From Okeania sp. (lineage in GTDB: Bacteria; Cyanobacteriota; Cyanobacteriia; Cyanobacteriales; Microcoleaceae): 32,000 nt of DNA. The stretch lies in the NCBI RefSeq assembly GCF_035285525.1, contig NZ_JAYKGW010000039.1, positions 30,001-62,000 on the forward strand, in the 5' to 3' direction. The notes under the pieces are model-generated. The model worked only from the letters and a program-made list of their open reading frames with translations. It was not told the DNA's origin and did no database searches. This document shows positions 16,689 to 25,879 of this stretch, piece by piece. The stretch's first letter is position 1. Each line of letters opens with the position of its first letter. Both the position numbers and the translations under genes were made by a program.

Positions 16689-16836
16689 ATACCATTTCTA
16701 AAAAGTCAGGCTATACTTGGAACCCTGCAAAAATAACTAGAAAAATTACAGAGGTTATTTAACAATACAATTACATCAAGAAATAGTATTTATAAATAGA
16801 AAATACAAGTATAGCAAAGTTTTTGAGAAATGGTAT
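16689..16836. repeat. Long imperfect inverted repeat (about 31-nt arms, about 86-nt spacer)
   Basis: The left arm is ATACCATTTCTAAAAAGTCAGGCTATACTTG (16689-16719). The right arm is CAAGTATAGCAAAGTTTTTGAGAAATGGTAT (16806-16836). The two outer blocks of 10-11 nt are perfect complements. Confidence 0.7.
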
Positions 16837-17119
16837 TACTTACTTATTTTCGGTTAGCAAATATCAATTCTATAATCTAGTTCAACAGTTGTCTCTATCG
16901 ACGAAGCGGAAGGAATCTCATATCTTTGCGGATATTGCTTCCTTCCACAGTGTTACCGCTCGCAATGACTTAGATATAGTTATTATCCAGATTTGATATT
17001 TATAGGACTTACGCAAAGAAACCGGGTTTCTAGGATAAATCGTTGTTTTGAGCAATAGATGTCTACGCTGGTACCGGGTTTCTGGGTTCACATGGCTTTA
17101 GTCCTGATTTATATAAAAT

Positions 17120-17686
17120 CTAAAAATCCAACTCTACAAATAAGTCTGCAACTGCTAAGGTAAAACCTGGTAAAATATCTTCTCCATCTAAATTATCAGT
17201 AATTTTTAATAATTTATCTGGCTCTGGTTTATGATCAACTAAAATTGATTTTTCATCAGGATTAATTACCCAAACTAACCGACAGCCATTTTCAAAATAT
17301 TCAACAATTTTCTGATGAAGTTCCTCAAACATATTATTAGGAGAAATTATCTCCACTGCCAAATCAGGAGCGCCTTGAAAATAACCTTTTGGTAATCGCT
17401 TTAATCCTAACAAACAGTCTTTAGAAACAAAAGAAATATCTGGAGAACGTTTATTTCCCGATTTTAAATTAAAAGCTGTGCTGGAGTCGCAAGTTACACC
17501 TAATTTTTGAGGACGAACATACAACTTTCTTAAGCCATATAAATAAACAGCAATATTGCTATGTTCCATTCCCGAAGTTCCCATATCAACTAATTCTCCA
17601 TTAACTAATTCATAATGATTATCATCTTTAGATAATTCTATAAATTCTTCATCTGTTAAATTGTTTTTATCAGTTGCTATAATCAT
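17120..17686 (-). CDS. Uma2 family (DUF820) PD-(D/E)XK-type endonuclease
   Basis: YELVNGELVDMGTSGMEHS ... RSPDISFV ... GAPDLAVEIISPNN ... GCRLVWVINPDEKSILV fits the Uma2 pattern. Confidence 0.8.
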   Translation of the reverse strand: MIIATDKNNLTDEEFIELSKDDNHYELVNGELVDMGTSGMEHSNIAVYLYGLRKLYVRPQKLGVTCDSSTAFNLKSGNKRSPDISFVSKDCLLGLKRLPKGYFQGAPDLAVEIISPNNMFEELHQKIVEYFENGCRLVWVINPDEKSILVDHKPEPDKLLKITDNLDGEDILPGFTLAVADLFVELDF

Positions 17687-18330
17687 AAGTCTATCCTGCT
17701 ATCTTGAGTCTGTAGCATAGGCATCTTACCTGTCATATTTATAAGCATTTAGCCGTCATAATTCATATTTTAGCTATTGTTTTTGGTTTGAGGTTTCAAC
17801 CCTACCTATAATTTATAAATATCTTTATTTAATACAAAGTTTTGTATTAATCATGACTTACGCAGATAACCATATATAGTAAAGGTGAATGGTATTCGCC
17901 CCTAAAGGTTTTGCATATTCTCTTATATTGCTTAAGTCCTGTTTATAATATTTATAATAGATAGTTTTAAAGTCCAGGTCTTACAGCTAATTTTTAAAGT
18001 GAATATTAAGCCTATAAATTCCCTAGTATACTTAGGTTTTATAAGTTATTTTCAAGTAAGTTTATAATTACTAAAAGCTAGGTCATTTCAGTTATCAGTT
18101 ATCAGTAGAGAGTGAGCTTCCGACTAAAGCTGGAGGCTGGAAATACTGAGTTAAGTGTTTTTTAATCCCCTATCCAAGGGGAGGCTTTATACCTAATTTT
18201 TTGTTAATATAAGACTTTTGGAGAAGTTTACGCTCTCAGATATTATTGCTGATAGCTGAGGTGCTAATAGCTAAATGCTTACTTATATTATAATAGCTAC
18301 ATGCTGACCTCTATTTTTAGTCAATAGCAA

Positions 18331-19794
18331 ATGTTTAAATTTTACCTCAAAAAAATTACAATTACTTTCCTGATATTATTTTTCAATCCATTAATCGCTT
18401 TTAGTCAAGAAACAACTACAAAAATTTGTCCTGCCGAACTAACTAATGATATTAATGCTGTAGTAAACCGCCCAATTTTTCATCGTTCTCGATGGGGAAT
18501 TTTAGTCGAAACTTTATCTAGCAAAACTACAATTTACAGCCATGATTCTCAATATTATTTTATTCCTGCTTCTACAGCAAAATTATTCACAACGGCAGCA
18601 TTATTACAACAACTAAAACCTCAATTTAGAATTAGAACTTCTATTTATAGCGATGGAAAAGGAAATATATATGTGGTGGGAAGAGGCGACCCTAGTTTAA
18701 CAGAAACTCAACTCAAAAAATTAGCTCAACAACTAAAACAACAAGGCATAAAAAATATTAATCAACTAATTCCCGATCATAGTTATTTTCAGGGAACAGG
18801 AATTAATCCGACTTGGGAATCCGAAGATATTCAAGCTGGTTATGGCGCACCAATTAATAGTTTAATTTTTAATCAAAATGCTATAGATTTAATTTTATCT
18901 CCCCAAGGTTTAGGTCAACCTTTAAAAGTAACTTTTGCCGATTCAACCCAAAGTAAAAAATGGCAAATAGAAAATAATTCGGTGACTGTAGCAACTAATG
19001 AAAAAGAATTTGTAGAAGTAGGGCGCAGTTTTATTGAACCAATCATTCGTATATCTGGGCAACTGCAAGTTGGTTCAGCATCGGAACCTGTTTATGTAGC
19101 AGTTGTAGAACCTGTAGATAATTTTTTAAATAAATTTCGTCAGGTTTTAGAGTCAGAAGGAATTAGGGTTTCTCGAATAGTCAGAAACTCTCAAACAACC
19201 TCAAATTTAAACTTAACTGAACTCGCTGTTGTCGAGTCTCCTACTTTGGGGGAATTAATAGAGGAAGTGAATAAAAAAAGTAATAATGTTTATGCAGAAG
19301 CTTTATTACGTCAACTGGGCGTTAGGAGTAAATTAGTTCCTAATCAAAAATCTAATAATGATACTTTGACAAAAAGTTTAGAGGAGGTAAAAATAATTTT
19401 AACTAGGTTAGGAGTTGCTCCGAATAGTTTTAGATTAAATGATGGTTCTGGATTATCTCGTCATAGTTTAGTTAGTCCGGAAGCTTTAGTACAAACTCTG
19501 AGAATAATGGCTAATTCTCCTTGGGGAAATATTTATAGAAATTCTTTACCTATTGCTGGTGTAAGTGGTACATTAAGTGGGCGTTTTAGAAATAGTTTTG
19601 CCGAAGGAAATGTACAAGCAAAAACAGGAACATTAAGTGGAGTTTTAGGTTTAGCAGGATATATAGAACCTCCTAATTTTGAACCTTTAGTTTTTAGCAT
19701 TATTGTTAATCAATCTGATTTAAAAAACCGAGATATGAGAAGTGCTATTGATGAAATAGTTTTGCTTTTAACTCAGTTAAAGTCTTGTGGTTAG
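18331..19794 (+). CDS. dacB: D-alanyl-D-alanine carboxypeptidase/endopeptidase, PBP4 (peptidase S13)
   Basis: Signal peptide present. SxxK as PASTAKLFT, DGSGLSRHS, and KTG as AKTGTLSGV. The size is 487 aa. Confidence 0.85.
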   Translation: MFKFYLKKITITFLILFFNPLIAFSQETTTKICPAELTNDINAVVNRPIFHRSRWGILVETLSSKTTIYSHDSQYYFIPASTAKLFTTAALLQQLKPQFRIRTSIYSDGKGNIYVVGRGDPSLTETQLKKLAQQLKQQGIKNINQLIPDHSYFQGTGINPTWESEDIQAGYGAPINSLIFNQNAIDLILSPQGLGQPLKVTFADSTQSKKWQIENNSVTVATNEKEFVEVGRSFIEPIIRISGQLQVGSASEPVYVAVVEPVDNFLNKFRQVLESEGIRVSRIVRNSQTTSNLNLTELAVVESPTLGELIEEVNKKSNNVYAEALLRQLGVRSKLVPNQKSNNDTLTKSLEEVKIILTRLGVAPNSFRLNDGSGLSRHSLVSPEALVQTLRIMANSPWGNIYRNSLPIAGVSGTLSGRFRNSFAEGNVQAKTGTLSGVLGLAGYIEPPNFEPLVFSIIVNQSDLKNRDMRSAIDEIVLLLTQLKSCG

Positions 19795-19840
19795 AAATTA
19801 TTTGAAGGTAAGTAATAATTAATAATTATAGCAATATGAA

Positions 19841-19930
19841 ATGATTTGTGAGAAAAAACTGTAGGGGTTTGGTCTCCAAACCAAAGCACCCAGGGATTTG
19901 GAAATCAAACCCCTACGATAAAATCTTGCA
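19841..19930 (+). repeat. GTAGGGGTTTGG-family dispersed element (about 90 bp, hairpin core GTAGGGGTTT...AAACCCCTAC)
   Basis: ATGATTTGTGAGAAAAAACTGTAGGGGTTTGGTCTCCAAACC...AAACCCCTACGATAAAATCTT. Related copies lie at 11331-11420, 11495-11527, 21095-21152 and 31905-31975 (reverse), with a fragment at 11775-11791. Confidence 0.8.
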
Positions 19931-20001
19931 ACCTATTAGTCATCAGCTAACCTTAGAATTGTTTGATTTTTTACAAAAGCTGATAGCTGACTGCTGAATG
20001 C

Positions 20002-21063
20002 TTACGAATGATAAATATTTTCCACAAAATGTTCGGAATTAATTTCTATTACTAAATCTACTAATTCTTGATTTTTTATCAGTGGTTTAATAAATAATTC
20101 TGGATGCAATGCTTGCCAAAAATAATCGACAAACTTTTCAATTTCATCATCACTCATTCCCGATTTTCCTGAAGCAATCATTTCTTTTTCTGCTTGTTTC
20201 CGCCATTGTTTAGAAAAACGATAATCTGTCGGATATAAAACTATTAAACTATCTAACTTTTCCCACAAAGGTAAATATTCTATTAATTTTTTATTCATAT
20301 CACGGGCAAACTTTTGGTCTGCTTTTGTGATAATTGGTGATAGTGAAATATCGAAATTTTGCTCTGAAATTGGTCGAACTCCAACAAACCAACCTTCAAA
20401 TAAAACAATATCAACTTTATCTACAATTTCTGGTTCAATTCTATCTCCAGCACCATGAAAAAGAGATTTATTAAATCTAGGAATAGCAATTAAATTATCA
20501 GAACTTTTATTTTCAGATTGACGTAATTTATCTAAAGTTTCTATGCCTAAATTAACATCATGGGTTCCTGGAGGTCCGCGCCAAATTAATCGGGAATCTT
20601 GCTTTTGTAAAAGTTGACGTTCGGCGTAAGTTTTATAAATATCGTCAATAGAAATGCTAATAGTTTTATAGCCGAGTTTGTCTAAAATTAAGACTAAAAT
20701 TTTTGCTAAAGTAGTTTTACCAGTTCCTTGTGCGCCTAAAATTCCTTGAATTAATGGATGACTTAAATTTTGACATTTATTAGCCAATTTTATTGCTAAA
20801 GGTAACCATAATTTCCATAAAATTTCTAGGGTATAATTATCTTCAAGTGGGAATTTATCATAGTCTGTAATTACTGACTGAAATAGAAGCGATCGCTCTC
20901 TAATTTTTTCTCTCACATTGGCTGAATTAATGTTAAAAGCATTAGCACGTTTTTGGTCTATTAATTCCTCGTTTACTAAGGTTTCTAATTCTTTTTTTTC
21001 TAGAGATTTACCTTCCTGTAAAGGTTGTAAAATTTCCTTGATAGATAAGTTGGAAAATTCCAT
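20002..21063 (-). CDS. P-loop kinase, D-glycerate 3-kinase (GLYK)-like
   Basis: Walker A is GILGAQGTGKTTLAKIL. IWRGPPGTHDVNLG and FEGWFVG follow the plant/cyanobacterial glycerate-3-kinase pattern as I remember it. Confidence 0.55.
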   Translation of the reverse strand: MEFSNLSIKEILQPLQEGKSLEKKELETLVNEELIDQKRANAFNINSANVREKIRERSLLFQSVITDYDKFPLEDNYTLEILWKLWLPLAIKLANKCQNLSHPLIQGILGAQGTGKTTLAKILVLILDKLGYKTISISIDDIYKTYAERQLLQKQDSRLIWRGPPGTHDVNLGIETLDKLRQSENKSSDNLIAIPRFNKSLFHGAGDRIEPEIVDKVDIVLFEGWFVGVRPISEQNFDISLSPIITKADQKFARDMNKKLIEYLPLWEKLDSLIVLYPTDYRFSKQWRKQAEKEMIASGKSGMSDDEIEKFVDYFWQALHPELFIKPLIKNQELVDLVIEINSEHFVENIYHS

Positions 21064-21094
21064 AAAAATTTTAGATGTTATATACTAATATGAA

Positions 21095-21152
21095 ATGATT
21101 TGTGAAAAAACTGTAAGGGTTTAGTCTCTAAACCCAAGTGCAAAAGGATTGA
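21095..21152 (+). repeat. Truncated GTAGGGGTTTGG-family element at a duplication junction
   Basis: ATGATTTGTGAAAAAACTGTAAGGGTTTAGTCTCTAAACCC sits exactly between the true start region of the kinase gene and the duplicated 5' fragment. Confidence 0.7.
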
Positions 21153-21395
21153 GAATTTATCATAGTCTGTAATTACTGACTGAAATAGAAGCGATCGCTC
21201 TCTAATTTTTTCTCTCACATTGGCTGAATTAATGTTAAAAGCATTGGCACACTTTTGGTCTATTAATTCCTCGTTTACTAAGGTTTCTAATTCTTTTTTT
21301 TCTAGAGATTTACCCTGCTGTAAAAGTTGGAAAATTTCTTCTATAGATAAGTTATAAAATTTATGCAATTTTCTATATATTACAATATTTATCAA
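21153..21395 (-). pseudogene. Duplicated 5' fragment of the adjacent glycerate-kinase-like gene
   Basis: 21153-21353 matches 20851-21050 at an offset of 302-303. The encoded peptide is almost identical to residues about 4-71 of the full gene: NLSIEEIFQLLQQGKSLEKKELETLVNEELIDQKCANAFNINSANVREKIRERSLLFQSVITDYDKF. Confidence 0.75.
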
Positions 21396-21697
21396 GTGAT
21401 AGTAAATCCGCTTGAGAAGAGAGATTATTCATGAAGGTAAGGAAATTATGTATAGGAAATCTTCCCTAAACTCCATAGCTTTTAAAGAGGAGATGCAGAT
21501 GTAAAAATGACTCAGTTAATGTTTTACTGAAAATTGATAACTGTTAAGATGAGTTGGAAAATTCCATAAAAACTTTAGATATTGTAGTGTTAATAAAATT
21601 ACTGATAACTGTTCAGATTAACCCCTAACTAAAAAAGCTAATAACTGATAAATGTTCAGATTAATTGCTAACTAAAAAAGCTGATAACTGTTAACTG

Positions 21698-22036
21698 TTA
21701 AGAGCCTAATTTGAAAGCTTCTAAAAATAGACCATAAGTAAAACCTATTTTAAAACCATTCAAAATATCTATTCCCAAAGAACGTGGAATTTTTCCTCTA
21801 CTACCATATACCAACCAATTTAATATTTCAGTAATTAATAAACAGATTAAAGTATATAAAACATCTAAGTAACCTTCTTGTCCAGCAATAGTAGAAACTG
21901 CACTTGCTGCAAAATTACCAAACAACAAACTAATAATTAATAGAGAAATCCGGCGCCAGGGATTAAGCAACCATTGTTTAAACCTTTCCAGAATAACATT
22001 TAGTAATCTATTCAGACGGGTACTTTGCATAGACAA
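21698..22036 (-). CDS. Ycf20-like (DUF565) small membrane protein
   Basis: TRLNRLLNVILERFKQWLLNPWRRISLLIISLLFGNFAASAVSTIAGQ matches the Ycf20 N-terminal pattern. Confidence 0.7.
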   Translation of the reverse strand: MSMQSTRLNRLLNVILERFKQWLLNPWRRISLLIISLLFGNFAASAVSTIAGQEGYLDVLYTLICLLITEILNWLVYGSRGKIPRSLGIDILNGFKIGFTYGLFLEAFKLGS

Positions 22037-22614
22037 TATTAAGATTTTGAATTTATAGGATTTTCAAGTTAAAAATACTGGAGATAGTTTAACATAAAAC
22101 AATAGCATCCTATAGCAATTCTATTTTATTCATGTCAAAAATTTTGCCTTTTTTCGGGAAAGGCAATAGGTTATTTCAGCTATCAGTGAACCTCCAACTA
22201 AACTTGGAGGCTTGAGACCTGATTTTTTGGCAATAGTCAATAGTTAAGAGTTTCAGAATTTATTTCTATTTTTTTATTTGCTACAACCTCTTGAGGATTG
22301 CTATATAATGGTAAGCATTCAGCTATTAGCTTTCAGCTATCAGAAATAATACTCTACTTTTGTAGTAAGATTTAACTTTGGCTTAATCAGAGAATACCTA
22401 ATTGAGTGAGGTTTAAATAAAGCTTCTGTAGCGGAACTAAAAGCAATAGCTAATAGCTGATAACTAACGGCTGAATCTTACATATAATGTTTCAAGTTCA
22501 ACAAAATCAGAATGCAATGACCAATTCATTATCAATTAATAAATACTGGATAATTACCTCTAGTTAAAACATCGAATTGAATATACCCAAAAGATTAATT
22601 ATTTATTATTAGTT

Positions 22615-22780
22615 ACTAGAGAGTACAAAATTATAAGAATAACTATTGTTAGCTAAAGCTTTCACCAATGTCAAGGTTAGAAACTCTCTATTTATAATTG
22701 TAGGTGCTATAAGCTTTTGCCAATAATACTCTCAGTCTTGAGAGCAAATAGTTTTTCAGAATAACTTTGTACTCTCTAGT
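22615..22780. repeat. 166-bp MITE-like element with 20-bp terminal inverted repeats
   Basis: ACTAGAGAGTACAAAATTAT lies at 22615-22634. ATAACTTTGTACTCTCTAGT lies at 22761-22780, with 1 mismatch between the arms. The flanks are AT-rich (AGTT | TAAT). It ends 55 bp upstream of the glycosyltransferase start. Confidence 0.6.
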
Positions 22781-22834
22781 TAATTATTAATTATTCATTA
22801 TCCATAAACTTATCATCATAAATAAATTATCTAA

Positions 22835-24811
22835 ATGAAACTAATACAACAGTCAAAAATTATCAATTGGTTGAAAGCTCAAGCAAAAAATAATCTTTCT
22901 ATATTATGGATTTACATTTTCTGTCTCTTTTCACTTGCTTGGTTAGCTTTCTTCTATAACCTTAGTAATATTGGTTTAATTGATGAAACAGAACCACTTT
23001 TTGCTGAAGCTGCTCGTCAAATGGTAGAAACTGGAGATTGGATTACACCTTATTTTAATGGAGAAACTCGCTTTGATAAGCCACCTTTAATTTATTGGTT
23101 AATGGCAATATCTTATCATATTTTTGGTGTTAATGAATGGTCTGTTCGTCTCCCTTCGGCAATATCTGGAACTGTCTTAATGTCTTTTGGTTTTTATGTA
23201 CTTTATAAATATGGTTATTATCAGAAAAATAAGTCTTTAAAGATGAGATTATTAATAGCATGGATTGGCGCTGTAATGATAGCTTTAAATCCAGAAACTA
23301 TTGCTTGGGGTCGTGTAGGAGTTTCTGATATGTTATTAACTGGTTGTATGTGTTCAGCACTATTAGCATTTTTTATGGGATATGTTTCCCAACCGACAAA
23401 AAATACTGATATTTATCAGCAAAATAATAGTGAAATACTCAGAGAAAATGTTTTATATACACCAAATGAAAATCAATTATTAACACCTAAAAAATCTCCC
23501 CTATTTAACAAATGGTATTTAATTTTTTATATACTAATATCTTTAGCAGTTCTTACCAAAGGTCCGGTTGGAATTGTTTTACCAGGAATTATTATTGGTT
23601 CCTTTTTATTATATTTAGGTAACTTTTGGCAAATCTGCCAAGAAATAAATATTTGGCGTGGCATTTTAATTTTTATAACTATTACATTCCCTTGGTATTT
23701 TCTAGTTACTTTAGAGAATGGAAAAGAATATATTGATAGTTTTTTTGGTTATCACAATTTTGAACGTTTTACCAGTGTTGTGAATAACCATCAAGGACCT
23801 TGGTATTTTTACTTTTTAATTGTACTCATTGGTTTTGCACCTTGGTCTGTTTATCTACCAGTAGCGATCGCTAGAACTAAATTTTGGCAACGCAGTTATT
23901 GGCGTAGAAAACCTCGAACTGAACAATTAGGTTTATTTGCCTTTTTCTGGTTTATTTGTATTTTTATTTTCTTCTCCATTTCTGCTACTAAATTACCTAG
24001 TTATGTATTACCATTAATGCCAGCAGCAGCAATATTAGTAGGATTATTTTGGAGTAATATTATTTCTGGAAATTATTTCTTTAATCAAACTAATAAAACT
24101 GAAAATAATTCTATTCAATCATCTGTAAATCCCACGAATAATCTGGGGAAATTTGTTTCCAAATTACAGATAAATACTACCAAGTCAAAACTTCAATTTT
24201 TAAATTTTTCAGTTATTGCTAATATCATTTTTCTGCTAATTTTAGGTCTAGTAACTATCTACAGTTTCAATTTTATAGGTAAAGACCCAGCAATGCCATA
24301 TTTCCCAGAATTAATAAGAGAATCTGGTTTACTAATTCGTGGTGGATTAATTTTTATCATCACAGCAGTAGTTATTAGTTTTCTTTTCATAAAAAAACAA
24401 ATTTCTTGGATATGGAGTGCTAATTTTATAGCATTAGTAGCTTGTTTTATTTTTACTATGAATCCAATAATATTTTTACTAGATCAAGAACGTCAATTAC
24501 CCTTACGTCAATTAGCTAAAACTATTGTTGAAGTTAGACAACCTGGAGAAGAAATAATTATGATTAGCTTTGAAAAACCTAGTTTAGTTTTTTATACTAA
24601 AGAACGAGTAAAATTTTTCCAACGCGCTACAAATACTAGAGAATATTTAGAGGAAATTGCTACCCAAGATTCTTCTGGTAATATTATGATGATTGGCTAC
24701 CCAAAAAAGTTTATTCATGTAGGTTTAGAAGCAGGAGAATATCAATATTTAGACAGTCGTGGTGCCTATCAATTAGGTAAAGTTCCTAAGAATATTTTTT
24801 TACGAAAATAA
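22835..24811 (+). CDS. ArnT/PMT-family (dolichyl-phosphate-mannose type) membrane glycosyltransferase
   Basis: DETEPLFAEAARQMVETGDWITPYFNGETRFDKPPLIYWLMAISYHIFGVNEWSVRLPSA is the family signature. There are more than 10 predicted TM helices. Confidence 0.85.
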   Translation: MKLIQQSKIINWLKAQAKNNLSILWIYIFCLFSLAWLAFFYNLSNIGLIDETEPLFAEAARQMVETGDWITPYFNGETRFDKPPLIYWLMAISYHIFGVNEWSVRLPSAISGTVLMSFGFYVLYKYGYYQKNKSLKMRLLIAWIGAVMIALNPETIAWGRVGVSDMLLTGCMCSALLAFFMGYVSQPTKNTDIYQQNNSEILRENVLYTPNENQLLTPKKSPLFNKWYLIFYILISLAVLTKGPVGIVLPGIIIGSFLLYLGNFWQICQEINIWRGILIFITITFPWYFLVTLENGKEYIDSFFGYHNFERFTSVVNNHQGPWYFYFLIVLIGFAPWSVYLPVAIARTKFWQRSYWRRKPRTEQLGLFAFFWFICIFIFFSISATKLPSYVLPLMPAAAILVGLFWSNIISGNYFFNQTNKTENNSIQSSVNPTNNLGKFVSKLQINTTKSKLQFLNFSVIANIIFLLILGLVTIYSFNFIGKDPAMPYFPELIRESGLLIRGGLIFIITAVVISFLFIKKQISWIWSANFIALVACFIFTMNPIIFLLDQERQLPLRQLAKTIVEVRQPGEEIIMISFEKPSLVFYTKERVKFFQRATNTREYLEEIATQDSSGNIMMIGYPKKFIHVGLEAGEYQYLDSRGAYQLGKVPKNIFLRK

Positions 24812-24828
24812 AGTTGAGTTTTTTTAAG

Positions 24829-25402
24829 AGATAGTAACCATTAAGCTATTAGGTATCAGCTATTCAGTGCGGAATGCTACGCCCACAGCAATAATATCTA
24901 AATAGGAGGTTATTTTTTGTCTCAGTTACTGATATATTTGTTGATTTCAACTATATTAAACCTAAACTATCAAGCCCCCTTTCATTCGTGGGATTTGGGG
25001 GGATTAAACTCTTCCATAATATCCTATAATAGCAGATATTAAGCATTAAGCTATTAGCTTTCAGCTATTCGGTGCGGAATGCTACCCCAACAGAAATAAT
25101 ATCAAAATAAGAGGTTATTTTTTGTTTCAGTTACTGATATATTTGTTTGGATATTTTTGTTGATTTCAACTATATTAAACCTAAACTATCAAGCCCCCCT
25201 TTCACTCGTGGGATTTACGGGGATTAAACTCTTCCATAATATCCTATAATAGCAATAGCAGATAGTAAGCATTAATATATTAGCTTTCAGCTATTCGGTG
25301 CGGAATGCTATACAGAAATAATATCAAAATAAGAGGTTATTTGTTGTCTCAGTTACTGATATATTTGTTTGGATATTTTTATTGATTTCAACTATATTAA
25401 AC
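24829..25402 (+). repeat. Tandem repeat, units of 205, 226 and 143 bp (2.7 copies)
   Basis: Units start with AGATA(G/T)TAA at 24829, 25034 and 25260. Unit 2 carries a 13-bp insertion (TGGATATTTTTGT). The array begins 18 bp after the glycosyltransferase stop. Confidence 0.9.
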
Positions 25403-25445
25403 TCTCTATAATAGGCAGTGCTTCACATTTCATTAATGCACCCTA

Positions 25446-25865
25446 CTAGACTGTTGCAGTGTATTCGCAGAAAATATTTAGTCCGATTTTGAGAATATAT
25501 AAAACAATAATAGTAGCGATCGCTGGATCGATAGGTAATCCAGAAATTGTTACTATAGAAACTATTAATCCCCTTAATAAGGGAGCGCTACCTGGATTTT
25601 TAGTGTATTCTTTAAATTGGGCACGAAAACCTTCATCACCACAAAGTTCTTGACGGAGTACCTCAAGAGTTACTTTCCAGAAAGATTTACCACTAGGAGA
25701 AAACGCCTCTAATGGGGCATTTTTTTTATGCCAAAGTTGATTAAAATTCGTGTCAAGTTTACCGTTATTTTTTTCCAATATTGCTAGTGCTTTTTGTGCA
25801 TAATTGTTATCTTGTAATAACTGTTGCTTTTCCTTAATTTCATCAAAAGTTAATTTAGTTTCCAT
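25446..25865 (-). CDS. hypothetical 139-aa protein, helical N-terminus plus hydrophobic C-terminal hairpin
   Basis: ATG-initiated ORF, 14 bp downstream of the PD-(D/E)XK-like gene on the same strand. The C-terminus LLRGLIVSIVTISGLPIDPAIATIIVLYILKIGLNIF looks like two membrane spans. Confidence 0.5.
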   Translation of the reverse strand: METKLTFDEIKEKQQLLQDNNYAQKALAILEKNNGKLDTNFNQLWHKKNAPLEAFSPSGKSFWKVTLEVLRQELCGDEGFRAQFKEYTKNPGSAPLLRGLIVSIVTISGLPIDPAIATIIVLYILKIGLNIFCEYTATV

Positions 25866-25879
25866 ATTTTCTTCTCCAT

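Noticed and set aside
16624-16701. 25-codon hydrophobic ORF as a type I toxin or small membrane protein gene.
   Set aside because: The ribosome-binding context is weak, I can verify no conservation, and AT-rich sequence readily yields Leu/Ile/Phe-rich short ORFs. I mention it only as context for the inverted repeat.
24917-25042. 41-codon ORF in tandem-repeat unit 1 with a good AGGAGG-N7-TTG context.
   Set aside because: The frame is destroyed in unit 2 by a 13-bp insertion (stop after 13 codons) and is altered in unit 3. Conservation is at the nucleotide level, not the peptide level.
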